Assembly: GCA_964234715.1 (NCBI GenBank)
Contig: OZ174277.1
DNA from: Podarcis melisellensis
Lineage: Eukaryota
Length of the DNA: 64,000 nucleotides
Reading direction: 5' to 3' (one strand)
Shown here: one piece after another, positions 52,375-64,000 of the stretch
Layout of the letters: each line of letters starts with the position of its first letter
Numbering within the stretch: the first letter of the stretch is position 1
Translations under genes and position numbers: made by a program
The notes under the pieces: model-generated
The model's input: only the letters and a program-made list of their open reading frames with translations
Database searches by the model: none
Told to the model about the DNA's origin: nothing

Positions 52375-52966
52375 GTAATAGTTGTTAGCAACAGAGGAAA
52401 GATGTTTTGGTAGTGTACTTTCTTAGGTTACCCAAACCACAAACTTGTTACCTTAACGATAAACTCTATGTGTTTGCTCCGGTGAATAAGCATTGAACTA
52501 TGCCTAGGACAGGGAACCTGTGTCCCTCCAGATGTTGTTGCACATGCCGATGGAAATTGGAGCCCAGCAAAATCTGAAGGGCGCACCAGGTTGGCTGTCC
52601 CTGCACTAGGACCTGTGGTTTTAAATTTCTGCATGGCTCTGGTGGAGTTGCTGTTGGCTTCAGTTCCTCGTCTGTAAAATGGCAATTCTTGTCAGAGGCA
52701 GAAGATAAGAGATTATAAATAACAAGACCAGTGGTTCCTTTGTTGAGCACAGTAGATATGTCTCCACAAGGTATTTTCTAAAACACACAGTCTCACTTCC
52801 TGGCAAAGTAACATCCAGGTATTTAATCAGCTCCTGTCACCTCTGTTTGCTCATTTCAAATATGGTTACTAAATGCCTGCTTCATAGCTTGGTAAGTTTT
52901 GATCTCTAGAACAAACATGGGAACTTATACTGAGCCAGCTCTCATCCAGCTCAGTATTGTCTAGGC

Positions 52967-53151
52967 CAGGGGTAGTCAACCTTTTTATACCTACCGCCCA
53001 CCAATGCATCTTTCTTGATGGTAAAATTTCCTTACTGCCCACCAGTGCTTAATGGAAGGAGGATTCAGCTTGTGCCATAGAAGCTCCTACCACCCACCTA
53101 GAATCCTGAAATGCTTACTAGTGTGCATTAGGGACCAGGTTGACAACCCTG
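52967..53151. mobile_element. hAT-type MITE
   Basis: TIR CAGGGGTAGTCAACCT...AGGTTGACAACCCTG; TSD GTCTAGGC. Confidence 0.85.
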
Positions 53152-54497
53152 GTCTAGGCTGACTGGAAGTAGCTCTCTAGAGTTTCAGGCCAAGAGCATT
53201 TTGCACCCCTACTTGCAAAGGCGAGTAATTCAACCTGGGACCATTGCTTTATTTATAGCATTTATTTGCTGCCTTTTAGGGCACAGCCCCCACAGATGCA
53301 ATTGATGCCCATTTTGAATACTAAACATAGGATTCCAGAAACGTAAGGAAGCACCAAGTCTTGGGAATCAGTGGTGTAAAAGCACTTTGTTACGGAAAGG
53401 CAGACGAGTCACGTTTGAAGGGTGATGCCGAGAGGGGCCTTCAGTAGTTCTACAGTAGTGGAGTTCCACAACTGTGAGGCCACCACCAAGAAGGCCCTTT
53501 CCCTTTTGCTCACCAGCCCAGTTGACTGTTCTTGTGAGGATTCCGTGACGGCCTCTGCCGTTGATCTTAGCAAACAAGCAGGATCTTTTATTACGTACAT
53601 GACCTTTGCACAGAAAACTTGTCCGCTGCCCCCGAGCTACGGCCCTTCCCTGCAGCAGTGACCTTTGGAAACAGAAGTGTTTAGCATCAAGAAAACATAA
53701 TTAGGGAACAGCGCAGCCTGCAGATACTCTTCTGCATGCCCTTTTGCATGTTACTCAGCGGAAGCTCCTTATATCTCGATACTAGAGTAACATAAAAGTG
53801 GGCTCTTTCTTCTCACCATCAGTGACGCCAGGCCAGGAAATACTCTGTTGCAGGGCCCTGGGAGAACCTGTGGCCCTCCAGATAATGTGGGACTCCCCAC
53901 TCTCATCATCCTTGGACGTTGTTGGCTGGGGCTGATGGGATCTGGAGTCTCACCAGATCTGGAGGGGTCACAGGTTCCTGGCTCCTGCTTTATATAAGCC
54001 ATCTGTGTCAGAAGGAGTGTGATTTAGGAAAGATTCAAAGTGCTCAGTGCTCATCTGTGTGCTTCTCAGTTTTAAAGCCCTGCGGTTTTAAAAAGCGCGA
54101 CACTTTACAAATCAGGAAGCCAAATTGATAGGTCCTGCCTTAGGGAGGAATTCAGTGTCACACATTCCCTCAGAACAAGCATTTCAGCTTCCAGATGAAA
54201 CAAACCTCCCCTCCTCCAAATGCACTGTTCTTGGGGTCCTGTCAACCCCCCAGCAAGCCAGTTTGGGGGTGGGGAGAGAGGGAAAAGGCCCTGTTGCACA
54301 TCCACAAGTCCTTGTGAGGGCTTCTGCTGGCAGGACTTTGTAGTGGAATCCACCCATTTTTTCCCCTTCCAACTCCAATTTTTAAAAAATAAATATGAAC
54401 TTTTAAATGAAGGAATATTTTATAGTACTGCTCTTGTAGGAGCATAGGAAGCTATCTTACACTGAATCATGGCATTGGTCTGATCTCCATAGCGGAA

Positions 54498-54640
54498 GGG
54501 CTCTCCATCGCTCAGTGGTTAGAGCATCTGCTTTGCATGCAGAAGGTCCTGGGTTCAAGTCCTCTGCATTGCCAGGAGTCTCTTGTTTGAAATTCTGGAG
54601 AGCTGCAGCCAGTCTGTGCAGGCAGTACGGAGCTGGCTGT
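54498..54640 (+). mobile_element. tRNA(Ala)-derived SINE, not a tRNA gene
   Basis: GCTCAGTGGTTAGAGC..TTGCATGC..GGTTCAAGTCC head with a broken acceptor stem; shares a CTGGAGAGC body with copies at ~14980 and ~31715. Confidence 0.6.
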
Positions 54641-55202
54641 CTCGCTCAGTAGAATGCGTTTGTTCCCTTGCATCTAGGATCTGTAGTAAATCCTCAGTAT
54701 TAATTCCAGTTGGGCCTCATGCACCTCTGCACTTCCCCCCTTTAAGCCAAAGCTAGGAACAACAACAAATAATAATAATAACAATAATGGTTAGTAACTC
54801 TTACCTTAATGCAAAGTGGCTGTGGTGATGTTAAAAACCAGAGTTTTCGCCACTTAGACCCCCTCAGTACCTTGGACATGCTGAATTTTATAATCCACTC
54901 TAATTGGAGTTTGTGACACCAATGCCATTTTGACAAAACAAAATTCAGGAAAGGGTGTGGTGGTGGGGGGAGAGAAATCCCGCATGGAAGCTGCAGGGAA
55001 CCGGGAGAAAAGTTTTAAGCTTTTCTAACCCCTTGTGCCATTTTCACAAGAAGGGAGAGCGTGAGCTGCAAAGGGGTTTTGTTTTTTCCTTCAGTGCTTT
55101 ATCACACTTAACATACATATATATGTGTTTAAACATTCGGCGTTTCAGTACTTGAGTTGCTGAGCTTGCGTTCCCATTTTTCTATGTGCTGTGTTCTTGC
55201 AG

Positions 55203-55319
55203 TACCCCATGTATTGCGCCCCCCCACCCTTGCCTCCTGTTTATTGCATGGAGACGGAGACCCCCACTGCAGAGGACATACAGCTACTGAAGAAAACGAT
55301 GGAAACGGAGGCTGTGCAG
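55203..55319 (+). CDS. PPP2R5D: PPP2R5D exon 15 ([39 protein letters not shown])
   Basis: 117 nt; delta-specific C-terminal arm. Confidence 0.97.
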
Positions 55320-56256
55320 GTGACTCATCTCTATATCCTCCAGTGGGTCAGGAGTCCTTTTCTGTAATGTGAAAAGCAGAAGGGTTCTTGGTGACCAGCA
55401 GAACTCCTCCCCAGCAAGCAGCCTCTTCTCCCTAATAAGAGACCTCACCACCCACCTCCAGAGGCAGGCTGCAGGCCTTCAGGCTACCTTCCACTCTTTC
55501 TCCGTGAGAGAGGGCAGTGGAGGGGAGGCTGGGCGGGGACTTCATTCCTGGCTCTCCGTTGTCTTGGGCACATTTAGATTTGAGGGCCTTTGCACACTTG
55601 CAGCTTGCGGCAGCTGGGACTTGCATGACGTCAAACCCATCGCCAGAGTCTTGTGGCACCTTAAAGACTTAACAGATGTGTGGTGGGAGGTCTGTGTCAA
55701 TTGCCAAGCTAACACCTTGTAAGGAGCCAGGGAACCAGTCCCAAGAAACAGTCATGGTTTCCTTGCCAAAGGTTCCCGTCTCTGCATTTGACACGAGTCT
55801 GCTAAACGCTGTGGTTGTTTAATATAGATTTAAACACTTAATTGTCACAGACTGTATTTTTTTTGGTCTCATTTCAATCCCACCATGCCAGTTTCCCCAA
55901 CACATACCTTCCAACTAAGGTTTCGCTTTATGCAGCTGACAAAGTGGGCATGAGTAAAGCTTGTGCCATAGTGAACGTTGCAAGTCTGTTAAGGTCCCAC
56001 AAGATTCTATTGCTTTTGCTACAAGAGACCCAACACGGCTGCCTCTCTGGAAATGTTTGCATGGTGTTAGTTCACAAAGGATCCGACCATTTCTTCATTA
56101 AACCACCGCTGAAGTGCAAGCCAAACCTTGCGTTTCTCAGCAAGCGGCTGTCCCACGCCCCCAGAACTGTCTGCCATGCAAGTGTTATTTCCTGCTCATG
56201 CCCCCAACCCCAAAGCCCCGCTAGCGTGTATTTTGCTTGTTTCCAATGTCCTTTCT

Positions 56257-56258
56257 GA

Positions 56259-56306
<48 letters not shown>

Positions 56307-56308
56307 AA
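56257..56308. repeat. (GAAA)n microsatellite
   Basis: Visible directly in the sequence. Confidence 0.95.
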
Positions 56309-57703
56309 TTGAGAACAGTACAGTTGCACAAAACCAAACAGGCTTGCTTAGTCGTTTTTGCATGAATTGACAAACTCAGCGGAGCAGAGGGGAAGGCAGG
56401 AAGGGAGCAGCTAAACCATCCTTTGGCATGCTGTGTTGGCCAAGTCACATGCTTTCTGTTTCAGCCAGAATAATCATCCCTCGTCACAGTGTCACACCTT
56501 GAACTATGTGGGATAGTGGCGCCTACACAAAATCACAGGGCACTGCAGATCAGCCATGGCCATGTGGTCAGGGCTGGCACAATTGGGCGTCCACCAGGAT
56601 CCTCCCATTAGTGATTGCTGCTTCCTTCCTGGCATACTTGCTCTGCGCCTGAAGATTGCCAGTTCCCCTGTATTCCTCTGCCCAGCCACATCAGCCTCGC
56701 TCCCCCAGCTCCAATTCTGCTTACCTTTGCTCCCCGTTCAAATTCCCACACGGAAGCATTGGGAAGAGCTTGCACATCTGTGCTCCTTTGGGACACTACA
56801 GAAGTCCCATCCTTTGCCAGCCCAACATGCCCACCCCACCCCTGCCCAGCCCTGTGGCTGTTAGAAAGGAATGCTACCAGGCAGAAAGTACAGCTCAATA
56901 TGCAGAGCTGCGTTATGATGGCAAATGCCAGGCACAGAGTCCCGTTTTGTCCAAGTAAACATGCTTACGATCAGGTTAAACGCCTTTGCTCATACGTTAG
57001 TGAGTGGGAGCACTGGAGCGCTTATTTCCGAGCCTCAATCTTCCCACTTTGTGAGACAGGCCTGTTAGACAGAAAAGATAAAGAAACAGCAGGCTGTAGT
57101 TCTACTTGATGAAGAAATCTCAGATTCACCAGTTAGCCTTTATGCTTGCTTCTCAGCCTCTGTGTGTGTCTCCCATCTGCAAAATAGGATGTCTTCTAGA
57201 CTGTCTTCACCATGCTGAATTCTGTTTATGATTTGCCTGCTCTCTCCCTCTCTCTCTCTCTGTTGATCTGTAGCCTGTGGCTTGACTCACTTTCTTAACT
57301 TGCCAGCTTTGTGTGCAGTTTTGTTAGTTCCTCATTCCTGACTGTGGCATCACTGTTGTCTGCGGTGTGTGAGCTTGAAATCATGCATTGCTGGAAATGC
57401 TTGGTGTGTGATGCTTTGCAAGAAAGCGCAAAGGCTGCATAGCGCCGCTTGGGGAACCCTTTTCAGCCAGAGTGCCACATTCCCTTCTGGGCAGTCTCCT
57501 GGCGCCCACACGCCATCGGTGGGCGGGGCTAGAGGCAAAACTGGGCGGAGCAGTGAACGCAAATTTCACCTCCGTACAGCAGGATGGTTTCCACACCCGA
57601 TCATATACCCATCTCTGTCCTCGCGTCTTCCAGGCAAAAACACTTAAGAGTAGGGGTCAAAGCAGGGCTGGTGAGAGGTGCCGCTTGAGGAGAGCCCCAT
57701 GGG

Positions 57704-57858
57704 CATAGCCGTCAACTTTCAGATTTGAAAATAAGGGATCAGCAGCCTCACCTGTCCCGGGGACAGTCTACGGGATATCTAACAATCCGGGATAGCAGTG
57801 GGAAGCAGCGCTGAAATAAGGGAATTTCCCGCAAAAAAAGGGAAGGTTGACAGCTATG
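57704..57858. mobile_element. hAT-type MITE (CATAG-ended family)
   Basis: TIR CATAGCCGTCAAC...GTTGACAGCTATG; TSD CCCATGGG. Confidence 0.85.
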
Positions 57859-58252
57859 CCCATGGGTCACATAGAAAGGCCTCAAAACTTAGTCAAACAG
57901 GCATTTTTGTGCTGTTTTTCTTTTCTTTGTCTATTATTTATTTCAGGCTAGGCCCGGAAGGTGCTTCACTAGGCAGCATCAAGAGGGCACACAAACCATA
58001 GGGCTGACTCCATGGCTAGGGTCAGCTTGGCACTGACCTCCAGTAAACTCCACAAAGTAGGCCGGGCTTTGCCAACCTGTCACCCTCCGGCCGGCTGGGG
58101 CTGATGGAAGTTGTAGTCCAAATGGGCCGGAGGTTGCCCGGTTGGCAAAGATGGTAGTAGACCCAGCCCCCAGAGAGGAGGGCCAGGCCAGGAGGAGTTG
58201 CGCCGCTCCCAGAAGCAGCCTCTGCTAACTTCTTGCGGGATCTTGTGCCTAG

Positions 58253-58390
<138 letters not shown>

Positions 58391-59879
58391 CGGGCTAGGG
58401 AGCCCCTGGAGGGAACACAGAAATGCACTTTGTTCTAATGTATAACTAGGGAATGAACATGGTGAGCTGTGCCTGTCCTCCGCTCCATTCTCATTCTTTC
58501 AGGTTAGATTTGATTTTACATTGTACCTCATATCCCCCACGACACTGTCATTTCCTCCTGCTTTCTCCTCTTTACAAAGCTGTTTTTTGTGTGCACGTGT
58601 GAAAGGGAGCCTAGCCCCATCCATGAGGGGGTCATTCCACACAAGGGTCATCCCTGCTCCTCCTCCTGTTCCCCCTCCCCCCCCTATCAATCTACTCCAG
58701 TCCCAGGACCAAAGCATCCAGAGTTCAGCTGCAAACCTACTGTAGCCTTAGCCCAAGCTGGCGCCCTGCAGATGTTGTGGACCCCAAATCCCATCAGGTA
58801 GTCCCGAACATCTGGAAGGCACCAGATGGTCAAAGGCTGGTGCTACAGTAATAATTCACTACAGCCCCCTAGCAATTGTTTATATCCCCCCTTTTTTTAT
58901 CTGCACCCCGCACAATGATATGGTCTGAGGAACGCAACGTATTATGTGAAACTGGCAGAGCTGCGCGTTACAGTCTGCTTCCTATGGATCAAGGCAGGCC
59001 TGTTCTTTGGGGACCAAGCTAGATTTAGGAACATAGTTTTGCTCCCTCCCCCCCCCCCCCGGGAATAAATGGCTAATTAGAGAGTAGCAATTTGATTTGA
59101 TCTGATCTCTATGAATAAGGGTCGCTGGCTTTTTTGTTGGGTTCTGTGCAAGGATGTAATCATTGTGTGTGTGTCAGTGTAAGAAAGAGATCATCAATGC
59201 AAATGGAGTGCGAGTCAGGGAAATTTACAATTTGTTCTATTTGCACTCCCCCCCTCCAATTGCAGCACAATGGCAGCCTTACATAGTTCTAGGTCTGGCC
59301 TGTGCTTTTTGCTGCTCGATCATTTGGAGCGTCCGTCCCAAATACAGACTAGTGATTGATCTATACATTTACCGCACAAGAGCCTCCCTTACGAACTGGT
59401 TGGCTTTTCTCTCTGCAGTTTCAGCTAGAGCTGGAGCGAGATTTGATGCTTCCCAGCAGATTCTCCTACTTGCGCCAACCTCCCTTTCTCCACTGTTGGG
59501 TTTCTCAGCTTGGGAGAACGCGGGACGAATTACTTCCTGACTAAGTTCACAGCATACAAACAGCTTTCAAAGCATTTTTCATATTGGGAACAAGGGCGGG
59601 AGGGGACTTAACTGCACAAGCCAGGAAACACCTGTTGCTGTTTTCTTAATAGGGATCAGTACTTCGTTTGCTGTGGGGGGGACGACTAAGCCTCAGTCTG
59701 CTCAAGTTCATTTCAGCCGTTCTAGTTCCATGGGCCTCATCTTGGAAAGTCTCGGAGCACGAGATAGCAAAGGCTCATTTTAGGGTGGTAGCCAGAGAGG
59801 ATTACCCCATTTCCCATAAACTATAGGTTTTAGCTTGTGAGCCACTGACTCAAATCTCCTGCTCAGTGCAAGCAATCCA

Positions 59880-60960
59880 GAGCTATAGTGTCCTAGAGGT
59901 GGCCATCCAACATCCCCTTGTAGAGTTCCTGTAAGTTACAGCCTTCCTTGCCTCTAGGTAATTGGTTCCATTGTCAAACTGCTCTTACCTTCGATATTTT
60001 TCTCCTATTAGGGAACCAAAATATATCCTCCTGTAATTTAAGGCCATAAGAGCTACTCTTGCCCTCCCCTCTAGGGGCAGAAAAGGACAAATGGTTGCCT
60101 TCTTTGTGATAGCTTTTCAGGTATTTCAAACGCTAGCATGTCCGCCTCCAGTCTTCTCTTCTGCAGCTGTAACATCCCCTGTTACTTTAATGTATCCCTA
60201 TGAGACTTGTTTTCTATAGTTGACCATGTTTGTTGGCCTCCGCTAAATCCAGTTGTCTATATCAGGGGTTCTATGGACCACCGGTGGTCCAGGAAATGTG
60301 TTTGAAGAACAGCTACAATTTGAATTCCATAGAATTCTATACAATTCAAATTGTAGTACAGTATGAGAAATAAAAGAAGCAATAAAAATACAAGTAAAAA
60401 CCATACAGCATCAAGCACAGCAGGTTACAACAGAGAAAAACCATTAAGTGGTCTCCCTCAAAGTTGGGGCACCCAGAACTGGACACATTACTCCAGATGT
60501 GGTCTGACTAGAGTAAAATGGAACTATTACTTCTCATCTAGCCTATATTTAACCAGTTCACCAACAAAAATGTTAAAAAGACTTTGCCAAATGCTTAGCT
60601 GTAATAAATTACATCCAGAGCATTCCCACACTCCAAGCTAACGACCTGATCAAAAAAGTCTGAGATTCTTGACAAATCCATTATGACTTCAACTAATTGT
60701 TATCAAGATTGTATATATACATAATTTGTTCAGACTGACTAGTCTATGATTTCCTAGATATTTCTTTTTGCAAAGTGGAGCAACAATTGCTTGTCTCCAG
60801 TCCTGTGATGCCACACAACCATTCTCCAGGGTTTTTTCAATTAGTGCTTCTGCAAGTAAACTAGTGACTTCCTTTAGTACTCTACGATGTGATCTATATG
60901 CCCTGAAGCCTTGAACTCATTTGAGGTAGCTAGGTGGTTTCCTGACCAACTCCTTATTAA
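59880..60960 (-). mobile_element. Degraded CR1 LINE fragments within the putative PPP2R5D 3' UTR
   Basis: Similar to the CR1 at 40970 (e.g. CCCAGAACTGGACACA.TACTCCAG.TG.GGTCTGAC). Confidence 0.6.
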
Positions 60961-62454
60961 ACTTGAATTAGCTTCATATGCTGCCATTGTTTACAGATTA
61001 CTGATTGAATTTCAGAATCATGGAAGGTCACAAAAGGGGAGGACCCTCATTCCTAATCAATTCCGCGTCAACCTTGTTTTATGAATTCTGACTTGCGTTT
61101 CCCCACCTCAGATTCTAGGTTCCAGTCTTCTACAATTAATTTAAGGCTGTAAATCCAAGTACACTCACTCAGAAGTAAATCCCATTGAAAGCAGTGAGGC
61201 AACCATGGGGTGCAGGAGGTTGAGACTGCAAGCCTCTTTCTCCAGCCTACACCACACTTTAAGTCTTCATACGCTGTATTGCATTATCTACACACCTACT
61301 TCACTTCTGTTGTGTTTCTCCCTATTTCTTCTGTACCTAGATTAATTTTGTTCCAAGTTCCCTAAAACCCAGTTTCATAGATCTGCCTGCATCTCACTGA
61401 AGGTACCCACTTTCCTGTACTGGTAACTGATCTGCACCGTTGCTTTTCCGAATTTGCCAATTAGTTTGGAAAGGAAGGTGAGGCACAGGCTATTAGTACT
61501 CTGACATCCAGCCCATCAATCAATCATAGCTCCTCCACTGTCCGCTGCCAAAATATTTTCAATACCCGCTGAAGATGCTCTGGCTGACTGGTGAGCAGTT
61601 TCTCTGAACACTAAAGCCCTTCTTTGAGTGAGACCTGCTTAAACCTCTTGCCATGTGCCAACCGAAGCAGCAAGAGGGAAGCAGAAAACCATGACACAAA
61701 GGAAAGGGGGAGTTTTGATTAAATATATTTGCCTGTCTTTTCAGTGGTAGAATTGAATAGGAACCAGAATGAACTGAGTAGCCACTGGGCTTCAAGTGTA
61801 GCTGCTGGAGGGACAATGTTGACTTGGAACTCTTCTAAAGCAAAGTGAAATTCAGTCAATTTGTGCCCCCCACCCAAGGCTGGGCTCTGCAGACGAGAAC
61901 TATAGGGCACATCCCCCCACCTAGCCCCATACACAACACAGCCCTTCTCTGCCTGCTGGAGTTTTGCAATGGTGGAGCAGGGCTGCAATTGAGCATTCAT
62001 GTGCTGTATGACTTAGATGTAAATATAGCCTCTGTCTAATCTTTGTTTGGGGTCAGGGAACTTGTGTTTGGTACCTAACATTAAAGTTTAGTTTGCTGCC
62101 AATTCATTCCAGTGTCCTATGTATCTTCACGGGGATGGGAGAAGCTGTGTGAGAAAGGGGGCGAAAGAACTGACGCCTTCCAGCCAAAATGAGCACCTCA
62201 AGCACACGGCTTCAAGTCACTATTCACTTTAATCCAGCTCTACTTCTTAAAAAAAATTCCCTTGTGTTTCTCCCACTTTGCTTGTATACTTTCCCTACTT
62301 TTTACATGGACAGGGTTGGAGCTGCCTCTTTCACTTCTTACATAGCCCCTTCTCAAAAAGGGAGGGGGGGTGCAAGCAAAACTTAAGTGATGCATTCACT
62401 CTCTGGACACAAGTATTAAGCTGCTTTACAGTTCATTATGTACATATGGTGTAC

Positions 62455-62460
62455 TTTATT
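62455..62460 (-). terminator. Probable poly(A) signal of MEA1 (AATAAA on - strand)
   Basis: TTTATT on +, about 510 nt downstream of the MEA1 stop, with UGUA motifs upstream on the - strand. Confidence 0.6.
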
Positions 62461-62528
62461 TTCAGTAGAGTATTACATAGTATGACAGTGTTGGATTTTG
62501 TACAGATGTCCCTGTATGTACAGAACTA

Positions 62529-62534
62529 AATAAA
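62529..62534 (+). terminator. Probable distal poly(A) signal of PPP2R5D (AATAAA), implying a ~4.1 kb 3' UTR
   Basis: AATAAA preceded by several TGTA (CFIm-type) motifs in a non-repetitive block. Other AATAAA at 59064, 60369, 60381 and 60603 are alternatives. Confidence 0.6.
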
Positions 62535-62969
62535 ATGGATCTCTTGAAAAGATGACACGCTGGACTCCACCTCATGGCCATGTTTAGCTCTTTAGCCCAT
62601 GTGTCACTTGGAAAAGGGGGGTGGGGCTGGTGGGGGAGAGACTAAACAGCAGGGCTAGAATCATGCATGTCAAAGGGCGATTTCATGAGATGGTCATTTC
62701 TCCTAGAGGCTTCTCCCTCTCCTCAAGCTTAGGAAAACAGCCTGATATCACTAGCTCCACCACTCAAGTAGCTATGACTGGGCGTTACAAAAACAAAAAC
62801 AAAACCCTTATGAATTAGGCCATATTTTCAATGCGACAAGGTGAACACAGAGTTTCAATGCTGGTGAAAGATAAATATCTAACCCAACCAGTTCAGAGAC
62901 AATGGTTTAAAGTGCAGCACTTCTGTGTAGCTCTTTCGGCTGGAGGCAAGGATGCAGAAGAGTCGGCCT

Positions 62970-63133
62970 TCACTTCCATTCTGGCTTGGGGCTGCTCTGG
63001 CTCTGCCGGGCTTGCAGGGTTCGCTGCACCATATCCTGCCACTGGTCGTCCGAGATTTCGTTGGCCCACGCAGGGATTCCAAGCGTGGGGAGCTTGATTC
63101 CAGCCATAGTCCTTTTCACCAGCTCCACGTGTT
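62970..63133 (-). CDS. MEA1: MEA1 (male-enhanced antigen 1) last coding exon ([54 protein letters not shown])
   Basis: Recognisable MEA1 C-terminus ([25 protein letters not shown]). Acceptor ctgtctttgactctag on the - strand; TGA at 62970-62972. MEA1 is the known neighbour of PPP2R5D. Upstream exons lie beyond the window. Confidence 0.93.
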
Positions 63134-63502
63134 CTAGAGTCAAAGACAGCCGAGGAATGAGAGGGGCAGCGCAAAAGGAAGCCAGCCGCCAACACCACAC
63201 ACCCAAGACTCAACACAATTCCTTTCCAAGGATTTCCATATTCATGCAGTACTCAATCGGTGAATAGATAATGGGCAGCTCATCCAAGGTAGCAAGCAAC
63301 CCAGGATGAAGGCTCAGGTTTACTTGGGGGGAGGGAGTGAGGGATGCATTTATGGGCCCATGGGAAGCTTGAACTATGGACTGGATAGCCAAAAACGATT
63401 GCTGCCCCACAAATCTTGTGAACAAGAGAGACCACCATAGCAATTAGCCAACCCACAAACAGAGTTACCAGGCAAAACTGTGCAGCCGATAAGGCACTAG
63501 TA

Positions 63503-63592
63503 CATAGCTGTCAACTTTTCCTTTTTCTTGCGAGGAATCCTATTCGGAATAAGGGAATTTCCCTTTAAAAAAGGGAAGCGTTGACAGCTATG
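63503..63592. mobile_element. hAT-type MITE, same family as 57704
   Basis: TIR CATAGCTGTCAAC...GTTGACAGCTATG; TSD CACTAGTA. Confidence 0.85.
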
Positions 63593-63799
63593 CACTAGTA
63601 TCAGACAAGTGCTAAAACTGAATGGCAAGAATGGAGAGAGAAATGGCATGAAAGCTAGAGGGCACTGTGTGTTTGGACTTCAGCAAGGAGAAGCCAGATT
63701 TAGACCCAGTAGCCCTGTAAAGTAGACTAGGTTGAGAGGGTAGTTATGTGTGGCCTTTATATAGCACTTAATCATAAAAGTGGGTCATGAACACAGGTG

Positions 63800-64000
63800 A
63801 AATAACCCCTCTGCTACTTTGCGCTTTATGTGGGCTACATGATGCTATTGTAAGGTGGATTGGTAGTTGGTTGGCTGACCAAGGCCAGAGGGTGCTCACC
63901 AATGGTTCCTTGTCATCCTGGAAAAAAGTGGTAAGTGGTGTGCTGCAAGGTTTTGTCCTGGGCCTGGTGTTGTTCAACATCTTTATAAATGACTTTGATG
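63800..64000 (+). mobile_element. CR1 LINE RT-domain fragment in an MEA1 intron
   Basis: [22 protein letters not shown] motif. Confidence 0.75.

Noticed and set aside
54498-54580. tRNA-Ala-like sequence (also ~14980 and ~31715)
   Set aside because: Acceptor stem is disrupted and it continues into a shared SINE body; a SINE head, not a tRNA gene.

Overview
Vertebrate genomic DNA, not prokaryotic. It is squamate and probably a lacertid lizard, inferred from the Sauria SINE, BovB, CR1, L2 and Rex1 repeat content. The window holds the complete coding region of PPP2R5D (PP2A regulatory subunit B56-delta) on the + strand: a CpG-island promoter at ~4.15-4.93 kb and 16 coding exons from ATG 4640 to TGA 58390. 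All introns are GT-AG and phase-consistent, giving 1839 nt / 612 aa. The last coding exon of MEA1 lies on the - strand (62970-63133), tail-to-tail, and the two poly(A) signals are crossed, so the 3' ends should overlap. Introns are dense with LINEs, SINEs and hAT/Tc1-mariner MITEs, often nested and with visible TSDs. Most ORFs in the supplied track are spurious or TE-derived. Main leads: (1) a candidate alternative first exon in intron 3 giving a B56-delta without its N-terminal arm; (2) a U1 snRNA-L2 chimeric retrocopy; (3) a SINE 14 nt from the exon 3 donor that creates a competing PTC-introducing donor; (4) a Tc2/Kanga-like MITE carrying a tandem array of GC-rich double hairpins; (5) a shared bidirectional polyadenylation block. 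No clearly new multi-gene system is evident. Repeat family names come from recognition, not database searches.
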